Assembly (NCBI GenBank): GCA_964252035.1
Contig: OZ176208.1
Length of the DNA stretch: 64,000 nucleotides
Direction: 5' to 3' (one strand)
Source: Podarcis erhardii
Lineage: Eukaryota
Each line of letters starts with the position of its first letter. The stretch's first letter is position 1. Below, piece after piece: positions 33,995 through 46,183 of the stretch. The translations under genes were made by a program, and so were the position numbers. The notes under the pieces are model-generated. The model did no database searches. It was not told the DNA's origin and worked only from the letters and a program-made list of their open reading frames with translations.

Positions 33995-36248
33995 CTGAAA
34001 AACGTTAGAATGGGAATATCATTTGGGAGTAAAAGCCTAGCTAAATCAAACTAGGAGTTGCACTTCTGTCCTTTGAGCTGAGACGAAATGAGCTCTGCTT
34101 TTCGGAGCTTAAGTCAATTTTTGTTAGCATGAGATTTCTCTTAACCTTCTTTGAAAGGGCAAGTGGTCTACATAAGGAATAACAATGGACTTTACAGATG
34201 TGTAAGAATGGTTTCTATACTTCTTTAGACAATTATCAGCTATATTGGAACAATATATACTATTAAATACAGGCAACATCTGATTTGCACGGGGTTGCAT
34301 TCCTGGCCCCCTTTTCTGGCCACTTCTGGGTTGTGGCGATGCACGTGTACATGATCATGCATGCATTGAACAAGCGTAAAATGGTTGTTGCCTGTATACT
34401 TCAGTTGGTTTTAACTATGCCAGAGATACAGATTTCCCCTCACCAGTATACATGTAAAAGGATGCCTAATCAAATTCCTTACATAAAAGAATATCTCCTC
34501 TGTTTTCAATAAGATCTCAAAGAGCTAATTTAAGCATGTCCAAGGACAGGCCTTCCCAATTTGTGACCCAACAAGCTCAAGACAATCTAGTAGTCATGTA
34601 CAACATTGATTGGCCACAAGGTGGTGGTGGGATCACAAGTTGGGTAGGCCTACCCAAGAGCCTGCATATATTTGGTACAATTTTTGAGCACCAGATTCGT
34701 ATGCCATCTCACTGTTTGCTTCTGAAACTCCTCCCAGTCTAAGAAATAGGCTGTGCAGCCAGCCATTATTTGTGGCCACCAACCCTGACCATGTCCCTTC
34801 CCAGGAATCTTCTAACATATGTAGAGGATGGGAGTGGGGAGAAGGTAGGATCAGGACTTGATACTACCTCCAGAGAGACAACTGTGAGAGATTCAGGTTG
34901 CTCCTGACTATGTGAGGAAGCTGGTCCCTCTCATTTGGTGTTGGACATCCAGTAACTGCCTTTGTGAGCCCTTGAAGGGGGCTGAAATTTAAGAAACAAG
35001 CCCCCATGGTTCGGACAACAAAGTAAACTCATCGGACAGTTGTTCAGAAGGCTAAGGATTCCTAGGCAGGCTTCCTTCATACTGATGCTGATGCTTTTGA
35101 CCAGGGGAATGGTCAGTAGCCAATAGTAAACACCACCCTAGGAAGGCCATATATGAATTAAGTAGGTATCTCTACTCCTGCTAACTCGCCAGGTCAACAG
35201 CTAGTTTTAAAAACAATTTTATAATTGACCACAGGTTGAAGGACCAGTAAGACTGGTTAGGGGCACACAAATTCTGACTGGGCATCATGCTTGTCAACCA
35301 TCTCGACTGGCCCCTCAAGTCTTCCAGTAAGTGCAGAGACCTTGGGGTACCACAGTTCTTATAGCACCACATTGCCTTGTCATGATCCCTGATCCCAGTG
35401 AAAACTATCCCTAACACAAATCCTAGCCCCACACCACTTCTAGAAGTCCCAATCCTACCCTGCTGTGCTGCCATTATCCCACAGCAACATGCACACACAG
35501 AGGGTAACAGGGAGGAGGTGAATAGACAAAATTGAGAGCAGCCAGGTTGCTCAGGTGCTCTGGAAGAGCTGCTTGCTTCTGAATTTGATTTTCAAGACTG
35601 GGTCCAGGTTGCAGTAACTACTCCTCACTGCACACTTGAGGAACTGCAGGCAAAAAATAGATGAGCCAAAGTGCCAAAACACTCTGGAGGAAGGCAGAAT
35701 TTCTTTCTCATGCCCGAAGAGACATCTCTTCCTCAAAGTTCTTTACCCTGGAGATGGGTGGTATTATCCCTAGTTAGGGGATTTCTGAAACCATTTACAC
35801 TGGCTTTCCCCACTGATTCTGATGTGAACCAAGCCACACGCAAAAGACTAACTCACGCTCCAACTATGAACAACTTTCTCCCATCATGCACTTCAACTGC
35901 TTACTCTGACATGTCTGTGCCTTGCCTTGTGCAAAGTAAACAACAGCCGAGATGCAAAATACATAAGAAGAAAAATCTACCACAGCCAATTTTGCTGTTT
36001 ACACATGGATGGGGATGTCGAGGATTTTTTTTTTACCTGCTTCCCAACTTGCGTTGAAGAAAGCCTTCAAGTTGCATAACGGCAGGTGAGTACATAGGGG
36101 ACTAGAGTGCACCTTTAGGGTGCCAGTTGCCCATTCTTTTTTTAAAAAAATGTGTGTTTTGATTTTTCTTATAAAGCATACAGGATAAAAACAATGATAC
36201 CTAACATTAGGGAAAACAAACCAGCTGATTCCACCAATAAGGGAAATA

Positions 36249-36709
36249 CCGTATTTTTCGCCCTATAGGACGCACTTTTCCCCCTCCAAAAATGAAGGGG
36301 AAATGTGTGTGCGTCCTATGGGGCAAATGCAGGCTTTCGCTGAAGCCTGGAGAGCGAGAGGGGTCGGTGCGCACCGACCCCTCTCGCTCTGCAAGCTTCG
36401 CGGACCTCTCCGCAAGCAGCGGGAGCGCTACCGCTGCTTGCGGAGAGTTGCTTGCATGCAGAAGCCTGCGCGCACTGAGCTCAGCGCGACCAGGCTTCGC
36501 GGACCTCTCCGCAAGCAGCGGGAGCCAGCGCTGGGCTCCCACGGCTTGCAGAGAGCTGCCTGTTTGGGGGCTGGGGCGGGGGAAGCTCGGGCCTCCCCCG
36601 CCCCAGCCCCGCACCTGGGGGGGGGGAATAATTTTTTCCCCTTTATTTCCCCTCCAAAAAACTAGGTGCGCCTTATGAGACGGTGCGTCCTATAGGGCGA
36701 AAAATACGG
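36249..36709. mobile_element. Tc1/mariner-type MITE (CCGTATTTTTCGC family) with GC-rich internal repeats
   Basis: TA|CCGTATTTTTCGCCCTATAGGACGCAC ... GTGCGTCCTATAGGGCGAAAAATACGG|TA (perfect 27-bp TIR); internal duplicated GCTTCGCGGACCTCTCCGCAAGCAGCGGGAGC. Confidence 0.93.
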
Positions 36710-36989
36710 TAATAGTTTGTCTGTAGTAATATTACAGAATGTCTCTGTTTGATTTGTACTATTCAGCCCAGAGTTCCTGACCACAGTTGGCCATGTGTAT
36801 CCGGAGGACTAGTTGCAAACAAGCAATACCATGTTTCATGAAATCTATCCACCTCAGAGTTTTTCCTAAACACAAACAATCTAAGGGTTTTTCCATTAGT
36901 GCCCACTTTCAAATTTCTTGATCCCAGCAGCAGTTGCCTATTCTTAACAAGAAGGGACAGGAGCAGCTCATATGGTTGACTGACTGGAT

Positions 36990-37556
36990 CAGGGGTCAGC
37001 AAACTTTTTCAGCAGGGGGCCAGTCCACTGTCCTTTGTGGGGGGACGGACTATATTTATGAAAAATATATACAGTGGTGCCTCGCAAGACGAAATTAATC
37101 CGTTCCGCGAGTCCCTTCGTCTTGCGGTTTTTTCGTCTTGCGAAGCACGGCTATTAGCGGCTTAGCAGCTTTAAGAAAAAGTAAACAAACTCGCAAGAAC
37201 TCATAAGACGTTTCGTCTTGCGAAACAAGCCCATAGGGAAATTCGTCTTGCGAAGCACCTCAAAAAACGGAAAACTCTTTCGTCTAGCGAGTTTTTCGTC
37301 TTGCGGGGTACCACTGTATATATGAACGAATTCCTATGCCCCACAAATAAACCAGAGATGCATTTGAAATAAAAGCACACATTCTACTCATGTAAAAACA
37401 CCAGGCAGGTCCCACAAATAACCCAGAGATGCATTTTAAATAAAAGGGCACATTCTACTCATGTAAAAACACATTGATTCCTGGACCGTCCGTGGGCGAG
37501 ATTTAGAAGGCAATTGGGCTGGATCCGGTCCCCGGGCCTTAGTTTGCCTACCCATG
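36990..37556. mobile_element. hAT-type MITE hosting a nested insertion
   Basis: TIRs CAGGGGTCAGCAAACT / AGTTTGCCTACCCATG; 8-bp flanks GACTGGAT / GTCTGGAT; internal ~70-bp tandem duplication. Confidence 0.85.
37072..37316. mobile_element. Tc1/mariner-type MITE (GCAAGACG-repeat family), nested
   Basis: TA|CAGTGGTGCCTCGCAAGACG ... CGTCTTGCGGGGTACCACTG|TA. Confidence 0.92.
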
Positions 37557-38092
37557 GTCTGGATTTTGGCAAGATCAGATCTCCAAGAGCTGGCCACTCT
37601 GCCGACTTATCAGCAGCCACTGCAGCTCTGAATATTCCATGTCAGCTGGCTTTTTAAAATGGAGAGACTTCTGATAATTGGTCTTCCACACTCCCTGACC
37701 CTGGTGTTCATCTGCATTTGCATGGGGGGGGGCGGGGCGGGAATCTTTTGAGGGGTGTCTTTTTATACATGCACACATATCTCTGTGTTAAAGAAAACCT
37801 GTGTTATGCAAATGAATTTGCTGCATTTTTTGAAAACATGTATTGCTCAGCAATTGGCTTTTGTGTGTGGTGGGGAAGGACTAAGGCTAAGTGAAGAGGA
37901 ATCAAAGGGCACAAATAAACAAGAAACATGTGATGAGAGAGGAAAGAGTGCGGGGAGCAGTGTGCAGGAAAGTGAAAAAGAAGTTCCGTGGAGATGGTTA
38001 GGATTTACTGTGATGTCATTTGGCATTTCTGGCAAATTAGAGCCAATTCAGGACAGCTTCCCAGAGAAAGAAAGCAGTGTATTTGTGTTTAC

Positions 38093-38448
38093 CTTTGTAG
38101 ATCAATCTGTCTCTGTGCTGGTACTGCTTTTTTCGGTGCATCTTGCTGTTTTGGTGCTTTGGCATTGCTTGCCTCTAAACTCCCTGGACCTTCCTGGCTG
38201 GGTGCTGCCCTTTTCCGCCCCCTCCCAGATGGTTTACTTGTTTCAGCATTTTTTGCCATGGTGCCCTGAGATTCAGACTTGGGAGGACGCCCTCTCCTTG
38301 GTTTCGGAGGGGCAGGCTGGCCCGATTCATCTGTTTTTTTCTCTTCTGACTTTTGATGAATATTTTCTGCTCCGGCGGCTGTTGCAGTTCTTTTCTTCCC
38401 ACGCTCAGTGCTAACATTTCCTTGCGTTGCCTGATCAGAGTTTATCTC
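38093..38448 (-). CDS. PDS5A: PDS5A exon ~32, basic disordered C-terminus ([10 protein letters not shown] ... [11 protein letters not shown] ... AQRQIDLQR)
   Basis: ctctag|GAG ... CAAAG|gtaaac; 356 nt; ends in the characteristic QIDLQ-R. Confidence 0.96.
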
Positions 38449-38943
38449 CTAGAGGGGGGGAAATAAGGCTTAGCTTGTTGTCAGCTGAATCCCTGACAGT
38501 CAGGTGGCAGTTATATCTGCTTCAAAACCTTGCAAGAATTTAAGAAAGAAGTTTCCAAGGGCAGCTACAGCAATAACCTTTCAAGTACCACAAAATAATC
38601 GGTCCAAGGGGACATACTGTTGCAGTGGGGAATTCTCATTCCCCAAAATATAAAGCAGCATTTGGGAAACTCGTTATAGAAATACAACAAGCTTTGAAGT
38701 ATTTCTCAGTGTTGTGTCTACTGGCTTAGGTTTTCTACTTAAATTAAAATCCAACTTAAAACATTATGGGCATGAAACAAATTATCAGATGAAACTGTTG
38801 ACGTTATCAATCTGGGATGTGTTTTCATGGAATGGCAAATAAAATGCAACAGTTGTATTAAAATGTTAGTCACCAATTCCTGGATACAATTTTTAGTCGG
38901 ATTACCTATAAGTAGAATGTGCTTTAAAAAAATTCAACCATAC

Positions 38944-39049
38944 CTTGTTCTTTACAGGTTCTATTTTTGCTGGGGTGACAGAAATAATTCTCACTGGATT
39001 TTCATCATTTTCACTGACACCAGTTTCTGATATGTCTGAGCTCTGCTCT
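38944..39049 (-). CDS. PDS5A: PDS5A exon ~31 ([35 protein letters not shown])
   Basis: caacag|AGAG ... ACAAG|gtatgg; 106 nt. Confidence 0.96.
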
Positions 39050-39917
39050 CTGTTGGAAGAATTTTAAAAATCAATTAAATTTGGTTTTCTGTTAAATTAT
39101 GGAAGGGAAAGAAATCTATTTCCCTTCTTTAAGCCTAACTGGTAAAAGAACTGATCAAGATTTCTTGTAAACTGGTTAATGCTAATGCAAAGGTTTTAAT
39201 ATGCTCCTGCTTCTGTGTTGGATTGTGATCCTGCATTAACTTTTAAAATTCATTATCTTCTTAACTACAGCAATCCCCAGGGTTGAAAGTGGAAGATGTT
39301 ATTTAAAAAACCATGCATTTAAAATAAATTCTACCCTGAAATACTTAATTTCAATGTTAATCCTAATATTTAAAAATCCATGTGAACATAGATATGCACT
39401 CAATCTGTTCTGTTGTTTGAGATTCAGTTTTTACACCTTAATAACTGCTGATATATACTATTATTGTACTGTGTATTTTGGGTCTATGGACCACAATAAA
39501 GCTGTGTGTGTGAGTAAAAGAGTTAACAATTTGAGAAAAATGTGCAGCTAGCAATGTGAACTAATCCAAACCTCATTAGATATAATACTGCGACTACATA
39601 AAACATTCTAACAGGTAATACAATTGAAAGCAGATGGTGAGACCAAATATATAAATGTTCATTTCAAAATGGAGGTGAAGAAGTGCTTGGCGGACTTAGT
39701 TCATTAAAGGACTTGGAATTCTAAGAATTTGATATTCCTTTATGACACTGAAAAGTTTGCAAACTCTGAATTTTAGAAAAATACAATACCATACATAAAC
39801 TGAAAAATAGCAATTTTCCACATAATTAAGAAAAGTAAAGTACAATCCTATATTGAGAGAATCCTTTAACATAATATGTTTTTTAAATCTGAATTATATT
39901 GCTGAAAAGTATTAGAC

Positions 39918-40063
39918 CTTGATTTGTTTCCTGCAGGAGAGCTCAGCTCAGAGTTTACGCTATTATTGCTTCCAGTTTCTGATCCTGCGCTTCGGATATA
40001 TGGTCTCCTTCCAGTTGCAGATAAAGGTTTATTTACAGCACCTAATACACCAGTTGGTTTGGG
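39918..40063 (-). CDS. PDS5A: PDS5A exon ~30 ([49 protein letters not shown])
   Basis: ttttag|CCC ... TCAAG|gtctaa; 146 nt. Confidence 0.94.
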
Positions 40064-40640
40064 CTAAAATGAACAAGAGCAGGCCTATTTAATAAGTTTG
40101 AAATACATGCAAACACACAATTCACAATGTATAAAAAATCTCTACAATATATAAAATGGCCCCTTGCATTTTGGTCTATAAGACATATTAATTGGATATC
40201 ATTAAATAGCTGCAGCTACACCTAGCCCAGTGAAAATTCCTGAACTTTCTCCTACTTATAAATGTGATATAGCTCCAAGGTTATAGTGAAAGGCTTCATT
40301 TTCCCCACAACCTCCAGTTCACCACATGCCTAAATTATTGAGGTACAAATTGTCTCAGCATTGTTTCTCCTTACACCCTTTACATAAAAATAAAAGTTCT
40401 TGTTTTATCTTAGTGAAGCTGACCCACAACCGACAAATTAGCTCTGAAATCAAAGGGGCTAAGACACTTTAGGTGAACCTGTAAGATAAAGTCCTACAGA
40501 ATTCAATGGGATTTAGACTCAAATAAATACACCCTAAATGGGTTGCACTGAGTTAGTCATGTATATAATTTTATCATTTCTCAGAAATTGAAAGGGTTCA
40601 TCGTTTATACGTGTCAAATAAAAAAAAGTAGAAACAACAC

Positions 40641-40703
40641 CTTTCCGGTTAAGAGAAGAACTCTCATCTCTTCCGAAATATAATTCCTTTCATTGCAAAA
40701 ATC
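40641..40703 (-). CDS. PDS5A: PDS5A exon ~29 ([21 protein letters not shown])
   Basis: acaaag|GAT ... GAAAG|gtgttg; 63 nt. Confidence 0.95.
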
Positions 40704-41854
40704 CTTTGTGGGGGAAGAGAAAAAGAGAAGTTATTTAGTATTTTCAGGATAGATTATGTAATTTGACAGGGAGCAGAGATTCTTAAATGCTTTCCAGTTT
40801 TAAAGAACGAGTGCTTCTAAATCAGAGGGGAGGAACGTTTGGTCCTCCAAATGATGCTGACGACAATTCCAATCATCCTGGCCACTGACCATGTTGGCTG
40901 GGGCTGATGGACATTGGAGTCCTAACATCTGGTGGACCAAATGTTCCCTACCCTTATTCAAAATAGCTCCTCCCCCAAGTAAACTTTGTTCATAAAACAG
41001 GACCGCAACCCAAGAAGTGTGAGACTTGTTTTATGAGCCCAGGGTCCTGGTGGGGTTACACAGTGAATTGCATTTCAAGCAGAGGAGCATTTAGAGGCCC
41101 TTTCCACTATGTTTCAACAGGGGGGGGGGACCTGTCTTGTCCAGCAGGGTTTGGTTTTGTCATTTAAGTTAAAACTGGAATCTTGGAAAGAAAATTATCT
41201 GAGGAACCTCTGTTTTGTATTGTTGTTCTATGGAAAATTTTGGGGAGATATTCAATGGTCATACTCAGAGCAGACTCACTAAAATAAATGGATTCAATGG
41301 GTCTATCCAAGGATGATTAAAATTGGATAACACCTTAATACAGTACGTATTGGTTTCAATTGCTGCTAGCCACCCTGAGGTGCATGTAATCACTATAATA
41401 ACAGGATCTAAACTCCTCTATAAAAGCTCAATCAGAAAACTAGGCAGTGAGCTCAATGTTCAACAGTGGCTCACTAAGCCAAGGTCCTAAAGCATATTTA
41501 AGAAATATGCACTAAGCTAAACAGAGTAAACTTTTGTCCCATTATGAGAGTGCTTTTGAAAGTACTACTGATTTTGCATATTATAGACACCTGTATATTT
41601 AATTTCTTTAGCTTGTCACTTTCACTATATTCTAGTAATGGCAGATTCAATACTGCTGAATGTCCAAAGAATAGGACCACAAAGAAGTTTTAAGAGCAAT
41701 TTGGTTTCACGGGAGAGGAAGAGAACATGGCAATAGTTAGGTAATTATCTAAATAGGTAATTTAGAAAGTACAACCAAGAACGAAGTTCCCATATTCGAA
41801 GGTATGCTTAAGTAGAAGAGAACACAAAAAGATTTGTTTGTTCTAGAAAATTAC

Positions 41855-41974
41855 CTTTTCAGGTTGCGTAAAAAATTTGGTGGGCAATACAGGATCCTTT
41901 GGAGACTCTGCATTACATAAAGCACTTTTGCTGTTGATTACACACAGGGCCACATCACATACAGTATAGAGTTT
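41855..41974 (-). CDS. PDS5A: PDS5A exon ~28 ([40 protein letters not shown])
   Basis: ccacag|AAA ... AAAAG|gtaatt; 120 nt. Confidence 0.97.
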
Positions 41975-42386
41975 CTGTGGGAGGGGGGGAATTGTAAAAG
42001 GACTTTAGAAATCACTTTACAACGTAAAACAAATGTAACTATAGCATATAGAAATCAGTATGCCAATTACATTACAGACTTATTTTATGCTTTTTTAAAA
42101 AAATGGGATTCCCCATAGACCTATTATCTCCCAGTGCAAATCCTGCCTAATTTTCTACACTATACTTTTGAACAAAATGAAGCAAGCTTTTTCTAAATTT
42201 TACAAACACACAGGACTAAGGTTTAAGTAGCTTGCTGTAACAGCTAGTCCTACTCAGAGCAGAGCTACTGAAATTGAAGAATATGATGAAGAGGTTAGTT
42301 GAATACAATTCCTAGCTTCTTATTGTTTCGATAAACTAGTCCCCCCAACACACGGTAAGAGGAGAAGTAAGAACTACAGAGACTGA

Positions 42387-43110
42387 AATAATAATAATAA
42401 TAATAATAATAAATTTTATTTATATCCCGCCCTCCCCAGCCGAAGCCGGGCTCAGGGCGGCTAACAACAATAAAACAGTATAAAAGTACAGCACAAACAA
42501 CACTCTAAAATCATTCATTATAAAATTAATTAAATTCAAGCCACTGGCCACCATTGGGCCAGAGCTCCGCGAAGATTGCCAAGGGAGGGAGTCAGGCTGT
42601 GCCCTGGCCAAAGGCCTGGCGGGACAGCTCTGTCTTGCAGGCCCTGCGGAAAGATGTCAAGTCCCGCAGGGCCCTAGTCTCTTGTGACAGAGTGTTCCAC
42701 CAGGTCGGAGCCACAGCCGAAAAAGCCCTGGCTCTAGTTGAGGCCAGCCTAACTTCTCTGTGGCCTGGGACCTTCAAGATGTTTTTATTTGAAGACCGTA
42801 AGTTTCTCTGTAGGGCATACCAGGAGAGGCGGTCCCGTAGGTACGAGGGTCCTAGGCCATATAGGGCTTTAAAGGTTAAAACCAGCACCTTAAACCTGAT
42901 CCTGTACTCCACCGGGAGCCAGTGCAGCTGGTATAGCACCGGGTGAATGTGATCTCGCAGCGAAGACCCCGTAAGGAGTCTCGCTGCAGCATTCTGCACC
43001 CGCTGGAGTTTCTGGGTCAGTCTCAAGGGCAGCCCCATGTAGAGCGAGTTACAATAATCCAGTCTGGAGGTGACCGTCGCGTGGATCACAGTGGCTAGGT
43101 CAGGGCGAGA
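42387..43110 (-). mobile_element. 5'-truncated L2-clade LINE, young-looking
   Basis: Uninterrupted 165-aa minus-strand ORF IHATVTSRLDYCNSLY.GLP...KLQRVQNAAARLL (L2 ORF2 C-terminus); (TTA)n tail. Confidence 0.92.
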
Positions 43111-44396
43111 AATGGTTTTTTTAAAAAAAAGGTTGTAACATAAATTGATTACAGCTAGTTATATTTGAGAAATGTGATTTCTGTGATCCAATCCAGACCT
43201 CCTGAACTAATGTGCAGATCAGCACAAAATTATCCTTTGTATTTTGCACTTCTCCAAATTCTGTGACAGCTCTTTGCTCAAAATACCCCTATCAAAATAT
43301 ATTAACAATGAGTATTTCAGGTAATATATGCTTAGAAATGAGTACATAGAGATGAAATGGTATTTTATAAGAAGATATGTAATGAAATATGAATTTTTCG
43401 TGTTGATTTTCAGATAAACATGGAAGTGGGACAGGATGGACTTATGAATAAACATATTCAACATTGATATAGACTGGTTTAGACTTGATCTGTCCGTATT
43501 TAATTACAGCTAGCAGAATTTGGTGCGATGTGGGGCAAGGATTCATCCAACAGTCCAAATGGTGACTGATACCACCACTCAACCCACATGCTGAAAGAAC
43601 ACTGGAGAGGTTAGCAGGAATCTCAAGCCAAAATGGCATGGAACTGATCTTCTGGGCTGTTCTTGTCATCGGAGCATGAAATACAGAACTCTACAATAAA
43701 CCACACATATGAGGGAAGTAACACCACTCCCTCACTGGCAGCAAAAGCTTCTTCCCAACTCTGTTAACCGGTGGCTAACCTTTGCCCACAGCAAGGTAAG
43801 AAAATACTGAAACTTAGGTGGGAAATTCAGAGACTGCAATGTGAAGCCCCTAACAAGGCCTCCCTTTATGGCCTATGAGCAGGTTAGAGGGGAAAAGTCA
43901 CTCCTCTCATTTGATCCCAGATTCGGCCCATAACATTAGCCAATGTAGCTGATTTAGCACCTGTGCTGTGGCTGGACCATATCCTAGCCAGTGAAATAGA
44001 TCAGCAAACTGCTGCCATATGAAGGGGGGGGGGACGACTCTTATTTGTGCCAAGTGCTCAGAGAAGCGCCCCAAGTAAGAGGAGATCCAGGGCTTTCCCT
44101 TCTGTGGGAATTTTGTGGTGGTTGGCTTTTTTTGCAATTACAAAACAAACATTCAACGTGGCAAAGAGGAGGAGGAACAACAAAGAAAACAAGATTTTGC
44201 TTGCTTGATGACAACTACATTCTGCTGGATTAACTTTTTCGCTCTGTAAAGATGAGATTGCTAACACAAAATGCTTACAACTAAAATTCTCTCTGGAGAG
44301 AAATGAGATTCTGGCTTATTGCTTGCTCTGAAGCATTCTGTCCATCTTGTTCAAAAACTGACTTCAAAACCAATCTCTTTCCACCACATTTCTTAC

Positions 44397-44529
44397 TTCA
44401 TTGGCTTTTGGCTCATCTGGAGACTGTCCATCCCGTGTAAGTCTGATACTTTCTGTCATCTTTTTCATGAAGGCATGGCTGTTGTTTTCGTTTTTTGTCA
44501 TTAAGACTTCCAGCATGAACCAAAGGCAC
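44397..44529 (-). CDS. PDS5A: PDS5A exon ~27 ([44 protein letters not shown])
   Basis: cattag|GTGC ... ATGAA|gtaaga; 133 nt. Confidence 0.97.
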
Positions 44530-45429
44530 CTAATGAAATCAAAACACCCCAATGCTATGAGTTGCATGTAACAGCACTAACAATATTCCCCAGAAAGAAA
44601 GCATACTTGAGTCTAAAACACCTCCCCTTCCAGCTCGAAATGTTATGTCCCGGTATCCCACAATGCATGATTTTAGCAATACAATAAACTAGAAATTTGA
44701 CCATCCCTGCCCACCCAAATTAGGGCAAAAGGAGGGAATTGCAAGCCACAGGAAGAAGTCCTTAGAAGTTGGGGAGAAGCTGGGAGAAGGAATGCGGGGG
44801 CAGGGTTTGAAGCTTTGGGAAACATGACCTGGAAGCTTAGTAAGCAGAATCCTCTCAAATTTGCAGAGCCTGGTAATTTGAAAACCAACCGCCCCCAAAT
44901 TAACAACCATGATTATCCAAAAAGGGTAGCCATCATGGAAACCAGTCTCCATCCAGCAACAACAGTGTGCTCAAGCCTCCTGTCATATAATTTTTCAGGT
45001 GCTAACACTTTCTTCAGAATGCACTGAGGACACATGAGGCGGTTCTATCTACTGTGGAAAACAGGCAGGTCTGGTCCAGTAAGCTGCCTGGATGGCAGAC
45101 TGCCTTTGAATCATACCTAAACAACATTCTGAGCAACTTAGAGGAGTAGCATATATGGATTTAACAAAATGCACTGTGTGAAGAAGAGCCACCAAAATGA
45201 ATGTTCTTAAGCGTTCCTGAGGAAATCCTAAATTTGTGTTGTGAACTGCCCTATGATCTTCGGATGAAGGGTGATATACAAATGTAACAAATAGTAACAA
45301 TTGTGAAGTTTACAGTAAAAAATGGGCATTGTTCTCTTTGTTAGAACTGCGAAATGAAAGTTTGGGCGCTGTATCTATCCAACATCTAAATTAGCATTTT
45401 TCAAATATCCAATACAGAATGACACATAC

Positions 45430-45544
45430 TCTTTGATATCACGAAGCTGATCAACATCTTGAGGTTTTGTAAAATCTGGATCATGGGCCAGCAAGTGAAT
45501 CATGTATGGTACCACATATTCAGGCAGCAGGGATAGCAGCTTTT
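45430..45544 (-). CDS. PDS5A: PDS5A exon ~26 ([38 protein letters not shown])
   Basis: ttccag|AAAAG ... AAAGA|gtatgt; 115 nt. Confidence 0.97.
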
Positions 45545-45744
45545 CTGGAATAACATAATATAAACATGTTCTAAGCATAATGTAAAGACACATAGCCAAC
45601 ACCAGAGATTTTTCAATTTTTCTATTATGCAAGTAAGCAATATAGCTGTAACACATTTTACAAAAATATTGTGAAGCTAATTCAATTGTGTGATTATTGG
45701 AAGATTTAAGGAATGAACTCTCAGAGCATATATGAACACAACTA

Positions 45745-46095
45745 CAGTGGTGCCCCGCAAGACGAACGCCTCGCAAGACGGAAAACCCGCTAGACGAAAG
45801 GGTTTTCCGTTTTGGAGGCGCTTCGCTAAACGAATTTCTCTATGGGGTTACTTCGCAAGACGAAAAAATCTTGCGAATTCCCGCGGGGGTTTTTCGCCCC
45901 CCCCTTTCCTAAGCCGCTAAGCCGCTTATCAGCTGTTCCACTGATAAGCCGCCTCTCAGCTGATCGCTAAAAGCCGCTAGACCGCTAATAGCGCTAATCC
46001 GCTAAGCCGTCAATGGGCTTGCTTCGCAAGACGAAAAAACCGCTAGACAAAGAGAATCGCGGAACGGATTAATTTCGTCTTGCGAGGCACCACTG
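45745..46095. mobile_element. Tc1/mariner-type MITE (GCAAGACG-repeat family)
   Basis: TA|CAGTGGTGCCCCGCAAGACG ... CGTCTTGCGAGGCACCACTG|TA; inverted relative to 37072-37316; internal GCCGCTAA repeats. Confidence 0.92.
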
Positions 46096-46183
46096 TACTA
46101 TATTCTTCAACCACAACCAAAAAACAGAATTTGAAATAAAAATGCCACAAGATACAATTTTACTTGCAAGCAAATTTACTAAC

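Noticed and set aside
37006-37024. CTCF-like CAGCAGGGGGCC inside the hAT MITE
   Set aside because: Only the core matches and the flanking consensus positions do not; much weaker than the 30189 site.
37755-38414. 219-aa plus-strand ORF, the longest in the track
   Set aside because: Largely the antisense shadow of PDS5A exon 32; composition (Leu/Phe/Val/Ser) is what the reverse of a Lys/Glu/Gln-rich frame gives; no promoter or recognisable domain.
45745-46095. Regularly recurring GCAAGACG / CGTCTTGC and GCCGCTAA motifs, superficially CRISPR-like
   Set aside because: They are subterminal repeats inside a TA-flanked MITE with TIRs; irregular spacing, eukaryotic context, no cas genes.
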